From NCBI RefSeq assembly GCF_009914755.1, contig NC_060935.1: a DNA stretch of 64,000 bases, one strand, 5' to 3'. Source of the stretch: the human T2T-CHM13v2.0 reference genome, Homo sapiens. The notes below the pieces were generated by a model. The model was not told the DNA's origin, ran no database searches, and saw only the letters and a list, made by a program, of their open reading frames with translations. The stretch's first letter is position 1, and every line of letters starts with the position of its first letter. Both the position numbers and the translations under genes were made by a program. Below are positions 24,448 to 41,303 of the stretch, piece after piece.

Positions 24448-24910
24448 TATATATATGTATTGTGTGATATATATATGTGTGTATATATACACATATATAT
24501 ATGTGTGTAATATATATACACACACACACACATACACACACCATGGAATACTACTCAGCCATAAAAAAGAAACAAAATAATGGCATTCACAGCAAGATGG
24601 ATGGAATTAGAGACTATTATTTTAAGTGAAGTAACTCAGGAATGGAAAACCAAACATTATATGTTCTCACTCGTAATTGGGAGCTAAGCTCTGAGGACGC
24701 GAAGGCATAAGAATGACACAGTGGACTTTGGGGACTCTGGGGAAAGGGTGGGGGGGTAAGGGATAAAAGACTACACACTGGGTACAGTATACACTGTGTG
24801 GGTGATGGGTGCACCAAAATCTCAGAAATCACCACTAAAGAACTTATTCATACAACCAAACACCACCTGTTCTCCCAAAACTACTGAAATAAAAAATAGA
24901 AAATAAAAAA
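21841..24910 (+). mobile_element. 5'-truncated L1PB1-like element nested in the host L1
   Basis: ORF2 Z/RT/C fragments ([21 protein letters not shown]); 3'UTR GGGATAAAAGACTACACACTGGGTACAG...AATCACCACTAAAGAACTTATTCAT; A-rich tail. Confidence 0.85.
24408..24541. repeat. Compound (TA)n/(CA)n/(TG)n microsatellite inside L1PB1
   Basis: Alternating purine-pyrimidine tract. Confidence 0.95.
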
Positions 24911-28560
<3,650 letters not shown>

Positions 28561-28799
28561 GGTGCTAAACATTGGGTACACATGGACACAAATATGGCAA
28601 CAACAGAAACTGGGGACTATGAGAAGGGGGAGGGCAAGATGGGCAAAAGGTTGAAAAACTAACTAGTGGGTGCTATGCACAGTACCTGGGTAATGGGATC
28701 ATTTGTACCCCAAACCTCAACATCACTTAATATGTCCAGGTAAAAAACCTGCACATGTATGCACTGAATCTAAAATAAAAGTTGAAAAGAACAAGAAAA

Positions 28800-30130
28800 T
28801 GATTAGGGTCAGGAAAGGAATAAATAAAATGAGAGCAGAGGGATATAACCTTGCTTTCAGCTGGATATCAGGGATAACTCCTAGGAGGAGATGGAATTTG
28901 AGCAAAGGATTTGAACCTGTGGAAATGAACACTGCTCTCCAGGTTGAGTGAACCCGTGGGACAATGGCACATACCTAGAAATGCTGATATATAGTGAATA
29001 GCAAGCAGTTCAGCCTGGCCGAAACACCTGGGCTGGGTGAAGGGAGGGTGATAGATGTGATCTGTCTATGTTAGATTGTGGGGAACTCTGGGTTCAAATT
29101 AAGGAAGCTTAAATTTTGGATCTTGTGTATCAGGAGACGGGATGTTTTTGAGACAGATCAGTAAGATAATCGGAGTAGTGCTTTAGGAAGATCACTTTGT
29201 AGGGATCTGTAAAACAAATTAGAGATGTAGAAGACTAGAGGCATCAAAAGTAGTTAAGAGGCTATTACAGTAATCCAAATGAATAAGGATTGTGTGAATT
29301 AGGGTGGTGGCAGAGGTTGGTAAAGGAAATATGAATGACTCAACATTGACAAAGCTCAAAAAAGGGAAAGATGATGACGAGGTTATGGGGCTTGAGATGA
29401 TGGAGATGTCATAACACACATAAGGAACACAGCCTGGAAAGCTTATTTCTTTTTTGATTGGGGTAAAGGATGAAAGGTGAGTTTAGTTTGGCATGTGTTG
29501 AGTTTGCCGTGCTGGTGGGAACATTTAGGTGGAAAACTTCAGCAAATAATTGAACGTTTGGAAGTGGCACTCGGGACTGATTTCAGAACTGAAGTTAAAT
29601 TTGACGATCATATTTACAGAGGGGCTAATGGAAGCCTTAAAAGTGAATGCCTTGTTAAGAGAAAAGATACAGAGGAAGGATTAAAGGGCTGGCAGAGTTA
29701 AATATCTACATTCAGAATGAGGGAAAAGAGGAAGGAGAACAAAGAGGTAGAAACACATCTGTATATTGTCTCTAGCTAGCCTGTGCATGAGCACACACGC
29801 AAACACACACACACATACACACACAGTTTAGACTAAAATTCACACATATTAAGATTACTGGTATATTCAATTTCACATAGTTGGAAGAAAACAGAAGAGA
29901 GATAGTGTCTCAGTAACCAAGGAGGGGAGGATGATTGATAGTGTCAAGCATAGATAGAAGAGCAATACATGAAGAGAAACAGCTAGTTTTGTGCATGAAG
30001 ATGGTATGTTTACATGGGCACAAGCACGTGCACGCCTGTGAGTGTATATCTGAGTGTTTTGAGGGGGAAGGTATTATATAAGTAGGGACTAGAAAAGAAA
30101 TGGGATGAAGTTGTCAATCAGGAGACAGCA
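28800..30130 (-). mobile_element. L2 remnant (continuation of L2 at ~18590-18720)
   Basis: TTAGGAAGATCACTTTG...AGTTAAGAGGCTATTACAGTAATCCA...TTTGGCATGTGTTGAGTTTG. Confidence 0.7.
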
Positions 30131-31176
30131 ATAAGAAGAATCATCATATATCAGAACAAATGGATATCCAACAAAATGTTTTCTTGATGGTTATTTTGAT
30201 TCCTTAAAGCCTGAGCTTGGTGTCTGAACCTTGATTTGATTCTGTGTGGTGTATTCAGCAAATTTTGCTTCATTTTAGGCCTCGAGTCTTTCAATAGGTG
30301 TGGAATTACTAGGTGACTTGCTTTGCTCCAGTTCTTCCTCATGTCAGTGAGGGCCTTTCAGTAATTAGCCTCTTGAATATGAAACGCATTTTGAGCAGAA
30401 GGCTGGTCAGAGTATTTAGTTTGTTCCAGCATATACTCTACCGAATGGTGGGGATGGCACTTTATTACCCATTTGAATTATTCTTTTTAAATAGGATGGA
30501 CTGTGTTCTGCTTATTTTTCTGGGTTAGGAATCTTCTTACCTAAATTTAGTCAAATACATAACTCATATTGAATGTGGAAAGGAACTAATTTGGGACAAG
30601 AAACCAAGGCAAAGAATCCTCCTTAGCAACTAATAGGATAATGGACTTAATTCTTAATAGTGTCTCATCATTTTTCTCTATTATATTGCATTTGATTTCG
30701 TTTCTCTTTCAGGCTCTCATTTCCTTAAAGTTTAGTTAGCATTAAACTCTCAGAACCCAATCCCAGTGAGGGATGGCTCAGGGGATGTAACTCCAGTCAA
30801 TACTTAAATGCCACTCTTCCAAAGATGATGAGAGAGGCAAAGAGGATGAGATGATTTGGCCTATATGTTGGTCATGCGCACTTTATTCCCATAATTATTA
30901 TTTTTCATTTAACAGTTATTGAATGAGGCACACTCCTCTGTGACTGCATTCCTCCCATTGTTCCTCCCACCCTTTCCCTCCCTCCACTCACCTTGCCTGC
31001 CTTCCTGCCTTCCTTCTTTAATTATAAAACAATATGTTAAAGATTCTGGTCCTGAAACCTCATTCCAGTTCATAAAAAAACTAAATTCAAAGAACCTTGA
31101 TTTTTTTCCCCTCTTCACAGACTTTGTCATGAGAATTCTTAGCCGATTTCCCTTGCGGCATGCCTGGGTCACATGA

Positions 31177-31207
31177 GTGTGTGTGTATGTGTGTGTGTGT
31201 GTGTGTG
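31177..31207. repeat. (TG)n microsatellite, interrupted
   Basis: GTGTGTGTGTATGTGT... Confidence 0.9.
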
Positions 31208-32509
31208 CTTAAGGGATGAAAACAGGCCTGTCTTTATGGAACAGGTACAGTATTTCACAGCCGGCTGGCTAGGAATGGAATTCTTCTATGAAGAGCTACT
31301 TTTCTGGATCCTGAACTGGTTAGGAGATGCAAATTCTACACTGAATGCTGATAAGACCAAACCACACACATCTGTGTATCTGTAGATGGTGTGCACATGC
31401 ACACACACACACACGATTTTTATTAAAATGCAAACACATCTGTATTACTGCTACATTCACTTCTACATAGTTGAAAATCCTTCCTTTTGCAGCTTCAAAG
31501 ATAGCCAGGCAGGAGTTATTTTATAGAATGGAAGTAATTTCTACGGGGCCAAGCAATAATAAGGAAATTGGAAGTCAAGGACTATCTTCCGAATGGAGAA
31601 GAAGCTCCATCAACCACAGAAGGAAATTATGATCACTCCTGCCATCCTGCTCCTTTGTGTATCCAGGTAACCTCTATCAAGAACGTGTGTTTCCCTAGGC
31701 TTAGAATGGGGCTTTCTTCCATCACTGTGGCCCACTCCGTTCTCCAACATAACTCTTTTAGCAGCTTAAACTTCAATTATGACTCTGTAATAATTTGGTT
31801 GTGTGGCTATTTCCACCACTTCCTACCCACCTTGGAAAGGTGTATTTCCAGAGGTTAGGTCCTGGCAGCAGCTTCCATGGACCCTCCAAGTTCAGAGGTG
31901 AGGGCTGATTCAGCACTTTCCTGGCTGGACAGTTCCTGGCCCAAGCCTCTGGCTTCTTCTTCCCTGGCCTTCCACTCCCTTCCTCTCGTAAGGCTCTGGC
32001 ATCAGATACAAGGACCCCAGTAGCTACAGAGGCCAGTGAATGAGCAATGAGCCTGCTGCAGAGCCTTCATTTCTCATTGTCTCTTCATCCAGACCAATTA
32101 GCCCTTCCACTGCCCTACAGTGAAAAAAAAAAATGATGCATGTGAACTTGGCATCATGGGGAGGCCCCCGAGGTGTAGGTATTAAGTATATATAAGATTT
32201 CCTCTTTTATCATTGTCATGTACTTTTCACAGACATTCATCTCAGGACTTCCCAGAAGACAGACCCACCCCTAATTTTCCTGTCCCTTCTGGTTTCAGTC
32301 ACTGCTCTCTTACCTTGTCTTCCTTCTCTTCCCAGGATGAAGGGGAGAATTGGAGTCTTGCACAATGAAAGGACAACATTGCTGCCAAAACAATCCATCG
32401 TGACTGTAGACATATTTTCCACCCTCATCCTGCAGGTTTTCTGCCAGTTGTTGGCCCCTCACCAATTTTGCTCCTGGGCAGTCTGAGGTGGAACATAATT
32501 TTGTATAAA

Positions 32510-33330
32510 ACAAATTATGCTCAACCTCACTTATAATCAGGGAAATGTGAGTCAAAACCACAATAAAATATCACCTCATGCTGTTTAGGATTGCTGTTAT
32601 CAAGTAGACAAGAAAGAAGTGTTGGTGAGGGTAAGGAGAAAATAAAATCTTTGCACACTGTTGGTGGGAATGTAAGTTGGTAAAGCCACTATCAAAGGCA
32701 ATATGAAGGATTCTCAAAAAATTAAAAATAAAATTGCCAAATGATCCATCAATCCTTCTTCTGGACACATAATCAAAGGAAATGAAATCAGTATCTCAAA
32801 TAGATATTTGCACCCCATATCCATTGCATCCTTTTTTGTAATAACCAAGATATGGGAGCAATCGAAGTGTCCATCAGCAAATGAATGGATAAAGAAATCA
32901 TGGTACACATATACAGTGGAATATTATTCAGACATAAAAAGGAAGGAAATCCTGTCATTTCTCAAGACATTAATGAACCCAGAGGACATCATACTAAGTG
33001 AAATAAGCTAGATATAGGAAGACAAAAACCACATGATCTCACTTACATGTGGAATCTAAAAAAGTCAAACTCATAGAAGCAGAGAGTAGAATAGTGGTTG
33101 TCAAGGGCTTGGGATAATTGAGGAGATGTTGGTTAAAGGGTACAAACTTTAAGTTATAAGATGAACAAGTTCTGGCGCTCTACTATATAGTATGGGTGAT
33201 GACGGATGTGTTAATTAATTTGATTGTGACATTCATTACACGATGTATATGTATAACAAATCATCACATTGTACACCTTGGATATATTCCATCTTTATTT
33301 ATCAATTAAATATTTCAAAATGTTTTTAAA
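32510..33330 (+). mobile_element. L1MA (L1MA8-like) 3' end
   Basis: CACTGTTGGTGGGAATGTAAG...GATGAACAAGTTCTGG...TTAATTTGATTGTG...TTGTACACCTTG. Confidence 0.85.
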
Positions 33331-33739
33331 AAGGAAGGCAAAATGGGCCAAAAGGAGTAACTACTTTATGTAGAGCTGATGTCCAGGCTAGAATTTCTAA
33401 ACTTTTTCTGTAACCTAGAGTCTCTGTTATACTTTTGACTTACCCATTATTCATAACAGATCTCAGGAACCCTCATCACACTGCCTATTGCTAAAAACTC
33501 AAAGGAGTTATTGTTATATGAACAACCCAAGTTAATGCAGTCATTAATGGAAATACAGAGTCTTGACTGAAAGAGATCATTTCTATTTTTTGTTGTGATA
33601 GTCAGATCATAGCCAGTCACATCTTTTAGGGAGGATGCAAATAGGCTGGAGTTCCTTCAGCAAACAGGATGCTGTAGAATAAAATATTCTACATGAGAAT
33701 ACTTAAACAAATTGGAGTGCCTGGTGCCACCATGTAAAT

Positions 33740-33990
33740 TGTGAGGTGTCAGACAGGCTGGTCTTTGGATTAGAGATTGGACTTACTCTCTGTGGCCCTA
33801 TGAGTAGAGCAGGTCGGGGTGGGGCTGGGCAGGGAGGAAGATCATCTTAAAGTGATAGATGTAGGCTCAGTGTGAGGAAGGATTTCTAAGAGTTGGAGCT
33901 GCTCAGAGGTGAAATATCAAGAGAATGCCCTTCAGGAGCAGTGTCTGAAGACAGATCACATGGCCAATAGGGAGAGATAAGCGGGCTGGG
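33740..33990 (+). mobile_element. L3/CR1 3' remnant
   Basis: GATTGGACTTACTCTCTGTGGCCC...AGGCTCAGTGTGAGGAAGGATTTCTAAGAGTTGGAGCTG. Confidence 0.55.
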
Positions 33991-34865
33991 TGGCCCTCAG
34001 CGTTTTGCTTCCAGTCTTGGGAGTCTTACTGAAATAGCTAATGACCACTCAACCCAAAGAACAGACACATGTCTGCCATGTCTCTCCGGGCTCATCCTGC
34101 TTATTGCAAGTGAGGCCCAAAGGTGGGGCTGTTATTCCCTGATGTTTCAGGTCCATGTGCAACTTATTCCCAGATCTTTTCTGAAAAAAAAAGCAGAGAG
34201 ACTGTTTGCCAGACAGCTGGACCAGAATGAGGTAAAAGAAGATAAGGCCCAACCGAGAAGTCAGAAAAGCTTCACTTTTCATTAGCTCCACATTCCAAAG
34301 TAAGAAATCAATGTGCTTAGCTGCAATTCAAAGCAATTAGTCTTTGTTCTCACACACTCTCAAAGAACGACTTAAAGAAGCCCAAATAAATATTTTCAGA
34401 AAAGAGAGTAAATTTGTGTTACTTAACCCAAGGAATGCAAACAAGTGTAATTAAAGTGAATACCCATAAATAAAGTAAATACATTAGTTAGGAAATGAAT
34501 TAATTAGTGTTTAATTACTATCAATTACTAAAATCACTACAGAATTACTTGTAGAATGGACTGAATCTCTTGCTCCTATTAATAATTTCCATTGCTAATT
34601 GTATGCACTTGTATTTTCTTTGGGTGCATCTTAGCAGAGCTAATAGGAGGAAGCAACAGCACAGTGAACAATGACAGGGACATTTTTTTTCTTTGTTCAG
34701 TGAAAAACAAAAGGGATTTGAAATACATCTGCCTGGTTTTCAAAAGCCAATGTGGGTGAGGAAGGGACGCAGGAAGGAAGGTTGTCCTCGTGACACAGGG
34801 TGACCCTCGCCATTCCCTGCTGAGGGGAAGCAGCTGATGTTTGTGGCAGAGCCCTAAGGTGAGGG

Positions 34866-34866
<1 letters not shown>

Positions 34867-34908
<42 letters not shown>
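34867..34908. repeat. (TG)21 microsatellite
   Basis: Perfect TG run. Confidence 0.98.
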
Positions 34909-34911
<3 letters not shown>

Positions 34912-35279
34912 AGAGGAGAAAGGTAGGTACTGGGAGGCTCAATGCCTGAGCTCACTTCCAGCATGCTCTGTGGAATGCATATGTAGACTGGCAGCCAGGC
35001 ATCTCTACCCACTGGTCTTGACAGGTGAGGGAATAAGTTTTACATTTACCTGGAGGACAAAGTTCGTCATTTGCTGCCTTGCAGGTGGAGAGAACACACC
35101 TGACATCATGCTCCCTAAGAAGCAACACACTAGCTGGTCCTAGAAACAGATGTATACAAATGAGAGGCTGAGGCTAAAGAGTGTCTTTCCTGGGACCCAC
35201 TCTGCCTGCTCACCAGCATTCTCATTTTCCTGTTTACACAACATCTCCTTACCCCTTCCCTGCCCTCTCCTCCTCTCCC

Positions 35280-35450
35280 TCATGGACACAGACTCTCAGG
35301 CCAGAGCGCCTAGGTTTGATTCCAAGCTTCCTCACCTGAAAGACCTTGGGCAAATTACTTAACCTCTGTGAGTCTCAATTTCCTCACCTGTAAAATGGGG
35401 AGAATGATAGTACCTACCTCTCTTGGTTCTGGTGAGAGCTCAGATCAGTG
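35280..35450 (+). mobile_element. MIR
   Basis: GACCTTGGGCAAATTACTTAACCTCTGTGAGTCTCAATTTCCTCACCTGTAAAATGGGG. Confidence 0.85.
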
Positions 35451-35631
35451 GGTGACACATAGCAATCTCTGCTTTACTCATTTTCTTGGTATTTCCACCA
35501 CATATTTCTTTGTGGAGTAGTTGAGGGGATACATATGATGTGGAGATAAACTAGCTGGGAGGATGGCAGGAGTGATTTGGGAGGGAAACGAAGTTGAAGA
35601 GGAGGAATTGGTCCTTAAGTGGTTGTTCTGT

Positions 35632-36060
35632 TTATTAGTTAGGGTTCTCCAGAGAAATGACACCCATAGGAGATTTATTATGAGGGGTTAGCTCACATGA
35701 TTATGGAAGTGGAAAAGTCCCATGATCTGTTGTCTGCAAACTGGAGGCCCATGAAAGCCAGTGGTGCAACTCAGTCGAAGCCCAAAGGCCAGGAGTGCCA
35801 CTGTCGGGGGGGCAGGATAAGACGGACATCCCAGCTGAAGGAGAGAGAGAGCAAACTCATCCTTCTTTTGCTTTTCTGTCCTATTAAAGCCCTTTAAGGA
35901 ATAGATAATGCTTGCCTACATTGGTGGGGGCAGATCTTCTTTGCTTAGTTTATTTATTTAAACGCTAATCTCTTCTGGAAACACTGTCACAGGTATACCC
36001 AGAGATAATGTTTTTCCACCTATCTTGGCATTCCTTAGCCTAGTCAAGTTAATACATAAG
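35632..36060 (-). mobile_element. MLT2 (ERVL; MLT2C/D-like) solo LTR
   Basis: TATTAGTTAGGGTTCTCCAGAGAAA...AAAAGTCCCATGATCTGTTGTCTGCAAACTGGAG...CTAGTCAAGTTAATACATAA. Confidence 0.8.
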
Positions 36061-36064
36061 GAAT

Positions 36065-36467
36065 CAAAAAAAAAAAAGTCAAACCCTCAAAAGGAGAGTA
36101 AATGGTGATCACTAGGGCCTGGGGTTTGGGGAAAAAGGGAAGAGAAGTAGGTTAAAGGGCAAGTACTTTCAGCTATAAGATGAATAAGTTCTGAGGATCT
36201 AATGTATAGCTTGTTAACTATAGTTAACAATATGATACTGTTTATTTGAAATTTATTAAGAGAGTAGCTCCTAAGTGTCCTATATGCGTGCACACACACA
36301 CACAGACACACACACGATAACTATGTGTGGTGATGAAAGTGTTAATTTGATTGTGGTAATAATTACACAATGTATATGTATATCAACTCATCATGCTGTA
36401 CACTTTGAATATATACAAATTTTATGTGTCAAATACACCTCAATAAAGCTGGACATTTAAAAAAAGA
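36065..36467 (+). mobile_element. L1MA9-like 3' end
   Basis: ATAAGATGAATAAGTTCTGAGGATCTAATGTATAG...GTCAAATACACCTCAATAAAGCTGG plus A tail. Confidence 0.85.
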
Positions 36468-37966
36468 AAGTGAAGGGAGAGACCAGGAAGAGTGAAAAGA
36501 GGTCTGCCATTGCTTGACACTGGTCCTGAATTCATTTTATCATTCTGACGCATCCATTCCTGACTTTCTCGGTAACCATCAGCCTGTTAATTATCCCAGC
36601 TTAATCCCAGGATTTTCATTTGTAAAAGAGAATAATATAAATATTTGCTTCATGGCATTGCTGCAGAGCCTAGCACTGGAAGTTTTTGAGCCACCCGCTG
36701 TAGAGCGAGGTGCAAAGGTTAGGCTGAATAAATAATAACTGGGATAATTGGCACTAAAATTAAAAAGCTGAAACATAACATTAACCATTGCACTCTGTTG
36801 CTGTGAAGATAACAGGGACTCTTGCATAAGGGCAGTGGTAACAGAGCATGTCTTTGTCCTGTCCCTCCATCCCCACTCGCCTCCCCCGTACCTTCCTGGG
36901 ATACTATTTGTAGGCCCTTCCTTTTCAGAAAGTGTCAGGTCCTAGGGCTGATGGCTCCATGGATCAGATCCTTCCCACAGACTCACCTGCTCTTTACCAT
37001 CCGGCTGGGCTGTAGTTATTCTTGTCACAGCTGAGCTGTGGTCACTCACCTCTGCTGCCATGACCTCAGCACTGGTTCAGAATGAGGTTAACATCCTGGT
37101 GAGCACGTACAATGACTAAGGAGGAATGCCACCTCTTCAGGTCAACTTAACATTCACCCATGACTGGGAAGTGCAAGGCTGAAGAAGTTGCTGGCTGCCT
37201 TTGAGAAGCTCCACATTTTAAGCACCCCATTGTCACTGGACAGTTCTGCCCTAGACCAAAAACCAGAGTCGCCAACACTGGGAAATATCTTTGAATAGTC
37301 TCTTTGTCCTAGACGGCTGTTATTTCACCTTCTGGAGGCACTCAGCAGTGATTCCATTGAGGCTGACCTCTTGCCAAGGGAGTGAATGGCGCTAATCTCT
37401 TGAATGTCTTCTGTGTCCCATGTTATTTTAGTTCTCATTGTAAGCTCATTCATTTTTTCATTCATTCATTCATTCATTCATTCATTCATTTAATGTTCAT
37501 GAGGTCCAGAATGCATAACAGTAGAGAAGACTCATTCCCTGACTCTAAAGGTACAATTGAGTGGGTACTAAAACGCAGTGTGAAACATACCATGAGCTTT
37601 TTAGAAGAGAATAAAAAGAGGTGAAAGATCAGGGAGGCTACCAAGAGAAAGTAACCCTTACGCAGAGGTTTATGTGTCAATTATACCTCAATAAAGCTGG
37701 ACCAAGAAGAAAAAAAGAAAGAAAAAACGCTAAGGGAGAGACCAGGAAGAGTGGATTGAGGTCTGCCGTTGCTTGATACTGGTCTTGAATTCATTTTATC
37801 ATTATGATAAATCTATTCCTCACTTCCTGGGTAACTATCAGCCTGTTAATTATCCCAGCTTAATCTCAGGATCCTTGTTAAAAAAAATGGAATAATATAA
37901 TATTTGCTTCACAGTATTGATGTGGGACCAGCAGTAGGAGTGTTTTTGAGCCACCCACTGTAGTGC
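36421..37966 (+). repeat. Local direct duplication: 36421-36706 and 37669-37966
   Basis: Colinear similarity throughout, e.g. AAGGGAGAGACCAGGAAGAGTG, TGAATTCATTTTATCATT, ATCAGCCTGTTAATTATCCCAGCTTAATC and GTTTTTGAGCCACCC in both copies. Confidence 0.93.
37445..37668 (-). mobile_element. L2 3' end with (TTCA)n tail
   Basis: (CATT)n followed by L2-like CCCTGACTCTAAAGGTACAAT...ATCAGGGAGGCT. Confidence 0.6.
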
Positions 37967-38214
37967 TAATGGAAAAGGGGACCATGATAAGGAAAGTGAC
38001 AGAGACAAGTGAATTACAGCCTAAGCTCCCACAGAGCAGGAGGAGCTTTTCCTTTTGAGGTATCAACAAGGGTCTGTGTGACCCTAAGGACATTAATTGT
38101 TCAACCACATCAAGCTCTTTTTTGTTCCTTCCCATCTCCCCTTGAAGCAAAATCTCCCTTCCTCTTCTGTTTCTTTCTCCTAATTTTCCCTGCAACCCTA
38201 AGCACCTGTAGCAA

Positions 38215-38435
38215 AGGGTGAGGGGGTCCGACTGCCTGGGTTGAACTCCTGACTCTGCATTTATTTGGTGTGTAACTCTGGATGCATTGCTAAACCTTTC
38301 TGAATGTAAAATGGAATACCTGCCTCAGAGCTGTGTAAGGATTAAAAGGAAAGGGAAAAAGGAAAGAAAGATATTGTTTGTAGAGAGCATAGCATAGCAC
38401 CTGGTACATAGTAATTATTCAATAGATGATAGATA
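38215..38435 (+). mobile_element. MIR
   Basis: GACTGCCTGGGTTGAACTCCTGACTCTGC...GCACCTGGTACATAGTAATTATTCAATA. Confidence 0.7.
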
Positions 38436-40494
38436 ATATCATTACTGTGGATGCTAAGCTTCATTTTTTTGTCTCAGTTGATTGTTATTAAGCCACGCTA
38501 ATGTGTTGCCTGATGAGGCATTGGCCTAAGTTGTATTTGCATTTCAGATGGAGATACCTGAAGACCAAAATTTATACCACCTCTAAGGAGAGCAGCCATC
38601 TTCCTCCCTGTCCTGAGCAGGAATAAACAAAGACTGCATAAACCCTTGCAGCGGGGTAGGTGGCAGGAGATGTTTCCAAGCTTTACACAAAGAAAATAGT
38701 GATGCCTATGTACATGTAAGTGATTTGCCACCTCTGCAAAAGTCTACACGATAGCCCTAGGGGGAGAGTTCCTGAGAAACCCGAGCTCGGCTCTACAACC
38801 CTCACCTCCCTTCTGTGCCGACTCAGGAAGAAAATAAGCCCCAGCAGGAAACTCACCCTTTGAAATGTCAGAATCCACGAGGTAAGGGCGAGGTGCGCTA
38901 AAGCATCCATATGGCATCACCTGCCCCAAGAACTTATCCAAGCCCTCATCCTGACACTGGGGAGGCTGAGTTACCTCGGCAGGTGTCCCCCACAAATGGG
39001 AGACAAGCAGCTGTCATTAATTTTCATTTGCTGAAATCAGCAACTTAATCCTAACTTAACCAGAGCCTGAATCTCCCCCTTCCCAGGCAAAAAGCCTTCC
39101 CTGGGAATGATTGAATTTCACAGGTTGTAATAAAACAAAGGGATTCTGCTGAATCAGGTGCCAGACTCATAGGCCTGTAAATCTCCCGCTTGCTGTTCAG
39201 GTCGGGGATGTTATCTCCACCCCAGCCATCCCCTCATGTCATGGTGCCTGCTGTTTCCACAACCTCTCCTGCTAAGAAGATGACCCTAGGTAAGGCATTC
39301 TCTCCAAATCGAAACTAGCATGGCCCTGAGTCCTCATTCAGGAAACTGGTGGCAGTGGGGAGCTCATGTTATAGACACGCTCTCCAGATTGCCAGATCCG
39401 GCTAGTTTCAAAACATGCCCAGGTTCTCATTGCTGCATGTTCATTGATGGGGCTGAGAAGAGGGAAAGTGGAAACCAGACCGTCTAGGGGAATTCCAGTC
39501 CAGGTGTTCCCGGAGACCCAGGCTGTGAATAGGAGAGCAAGGATTGTACAATCAATTCTCCAGAGACCTTTAGCTTAGCAGAGTGTGTTCAATAAAGGCT
39601 GTTGGTTAGCATAAAGCAGAGAGCTAATCAGCCAAGGGAGATTTCCTTTAAGTGGGAGTTTTCAGAATCTGGTGTTAGGCTTGGGAAGAGGCAAGATTGA
39701 CAAGAGCTCAGACCCCCGAATCACTGCTTATGGCCCAATTTGACTTAGTAGATAGCACACACAAAAGCCAGTCACTCCCGTCTCTTGAGATGTCCGACTT
39801 TGCATTAAGACTTCTCTGGTGAGCTCCAGGTGGGGGGTTAGCAGAGGGTTGGGGCCCAGGACCCAGGGCTAGAGGTCCTGCCTTGCCTCTGACTATGGCC
39901 CATGGTAAGCTCACCTGAGTCTCAATCTCCTTTCCTGTGAACTAGGGGATGCGAGTGAATAACTTGACTAGGTTCTCTCTAAGGCCTCCCCCAGTTAAAA
40001 TGTTTATCTCACCTCTAGGAGGCAGAGAGCTTGGGGTATTTGGGAAGCCAGGGAGTGAAAAATATGTCCTGTTCTTGGACACAGGGGCCAATCCAAATGG
40101 CGTGTCTTTTTGTCCCTGTTTGTATGCTGGCCCAGGAAAGCTGCCAGGTGCTTTTGGTGGAGCAGCCAGAAACAGCTCTCCAAAGCCCTCTGACAGAGAC
40201 TGTGGCAGCGGAAGTGATGAGTGACAGGTCTTTTCTCTGAATGGGCACAGCCCTCTGTGGGCACCTGATTCCACTCCTACCTCACTGTCTGTGTTCAATG
40301 ATGGCTAGGAGCAAGAGCTCTTTAGGCAGAGAACCAGCTTCCAACCTTAGTGTTGGCAAACCCTGCAACCCTGGGCTACTCAGTTCCTGCTTCGTGGATC
40401 TGCCTGGGGTCAGGACATAACATCTGTGAAGCAGGAAGGACAGTGCCCAGAGCTTGCTCTATGAAGATCAGCTCCAGGAGGGAGACGGTGATGT

Positions 40495-40625
40495 CTCGGC
40501 TTCTGTTAGGTAGTAAACTTCTAGGGGGCAGGGTCTTCATCCTGTTTATCTCTGCATCCTCCACTGGACCCACATAGTTGGTTCAGACTTGCTTAACACA
40601 AACTGATGGATGAATAAGTGAGTAA
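40495..40625 (+). mobile_element. L2 3' end
   Basis: GTAAACTTCTAGGGGGCAGGGTC...GATGGATGAATAAGTGA. Confidence 0.5.
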
Positions 40626-40755
40626 ACACAGTCGGCTCATGGCCATGGGTTTCTGGCACCTGTATCAAGATAGAGATGACTTGTAGGAGAAGCCCCTCTG
40701 AAAAATGCCTTTCTTCAAGAAAAGCTGCTTCAGAAGCTCCATTATGCTTCTGAAA

Positions 40756-41303
40756 CAGGGATCTCCGACCCCCTGGGGCCATGAACTGGCACTGGTCCAC
40801 GGCCTGTTAGGAACCAGGCTGCATTGCAGGAGGTGAGTGGCAGGCGGGCAAGCAGTGAAGCTTCACCTGAATTTACAGCAGGTCCCTATCACTTGCATTA
40901 CCGCCTGAGCTCTGCCTCCTATCAGATCAACAGGGACATTAGATTCTCATAGGAGCTCAAACCCAACTGTGAACCATGCAAGCCAGGGATCTAGGTTGCC
41001 TGCTCCTTATAAGAATCTAATGTCCAGTGATCTGTCTTTGTGTCCCATCACCCCCAGATGGGACCATCTAGTTGTAGGAAAACAAGCTCAGGGCTCACAC
41101 TGACTCTACATTATGATGAGTTGTATAATTATTTCATTATATATTACAATGTAACAATAATAGAAATAAAGTGCACAATAAATGTAATGCACTTGAATCA
41201 TCCTGAAACCATTGACCCCTCCCCGCCAACCATCACCACCACACCAGTCCATAGAAAAACTGTCTTCCACAAAACTGGTCCCTGGTGCCAAAAATGTTGG
41301 CTG
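40756..41303 (+). mobile_element. MER1A (hAT-Charlie) DNA transposon
   Basis: GGCCTGTTAGGAACCAGGCTGCA...CATTAGATTCTCATAGGAGC...AAAACTGGTCCCTGGTGCCAAAAA; 8-bp TSD TTCTGAAA/CTCTAAAA. Confidence 0.9.

Noticed and set aside
37669-37966. L1 3' transduction
   Set aside because: There is no terminal poly(A) or evident TSD, and the source AATAAA lies outside the copied segment. Kept as a local duplication.
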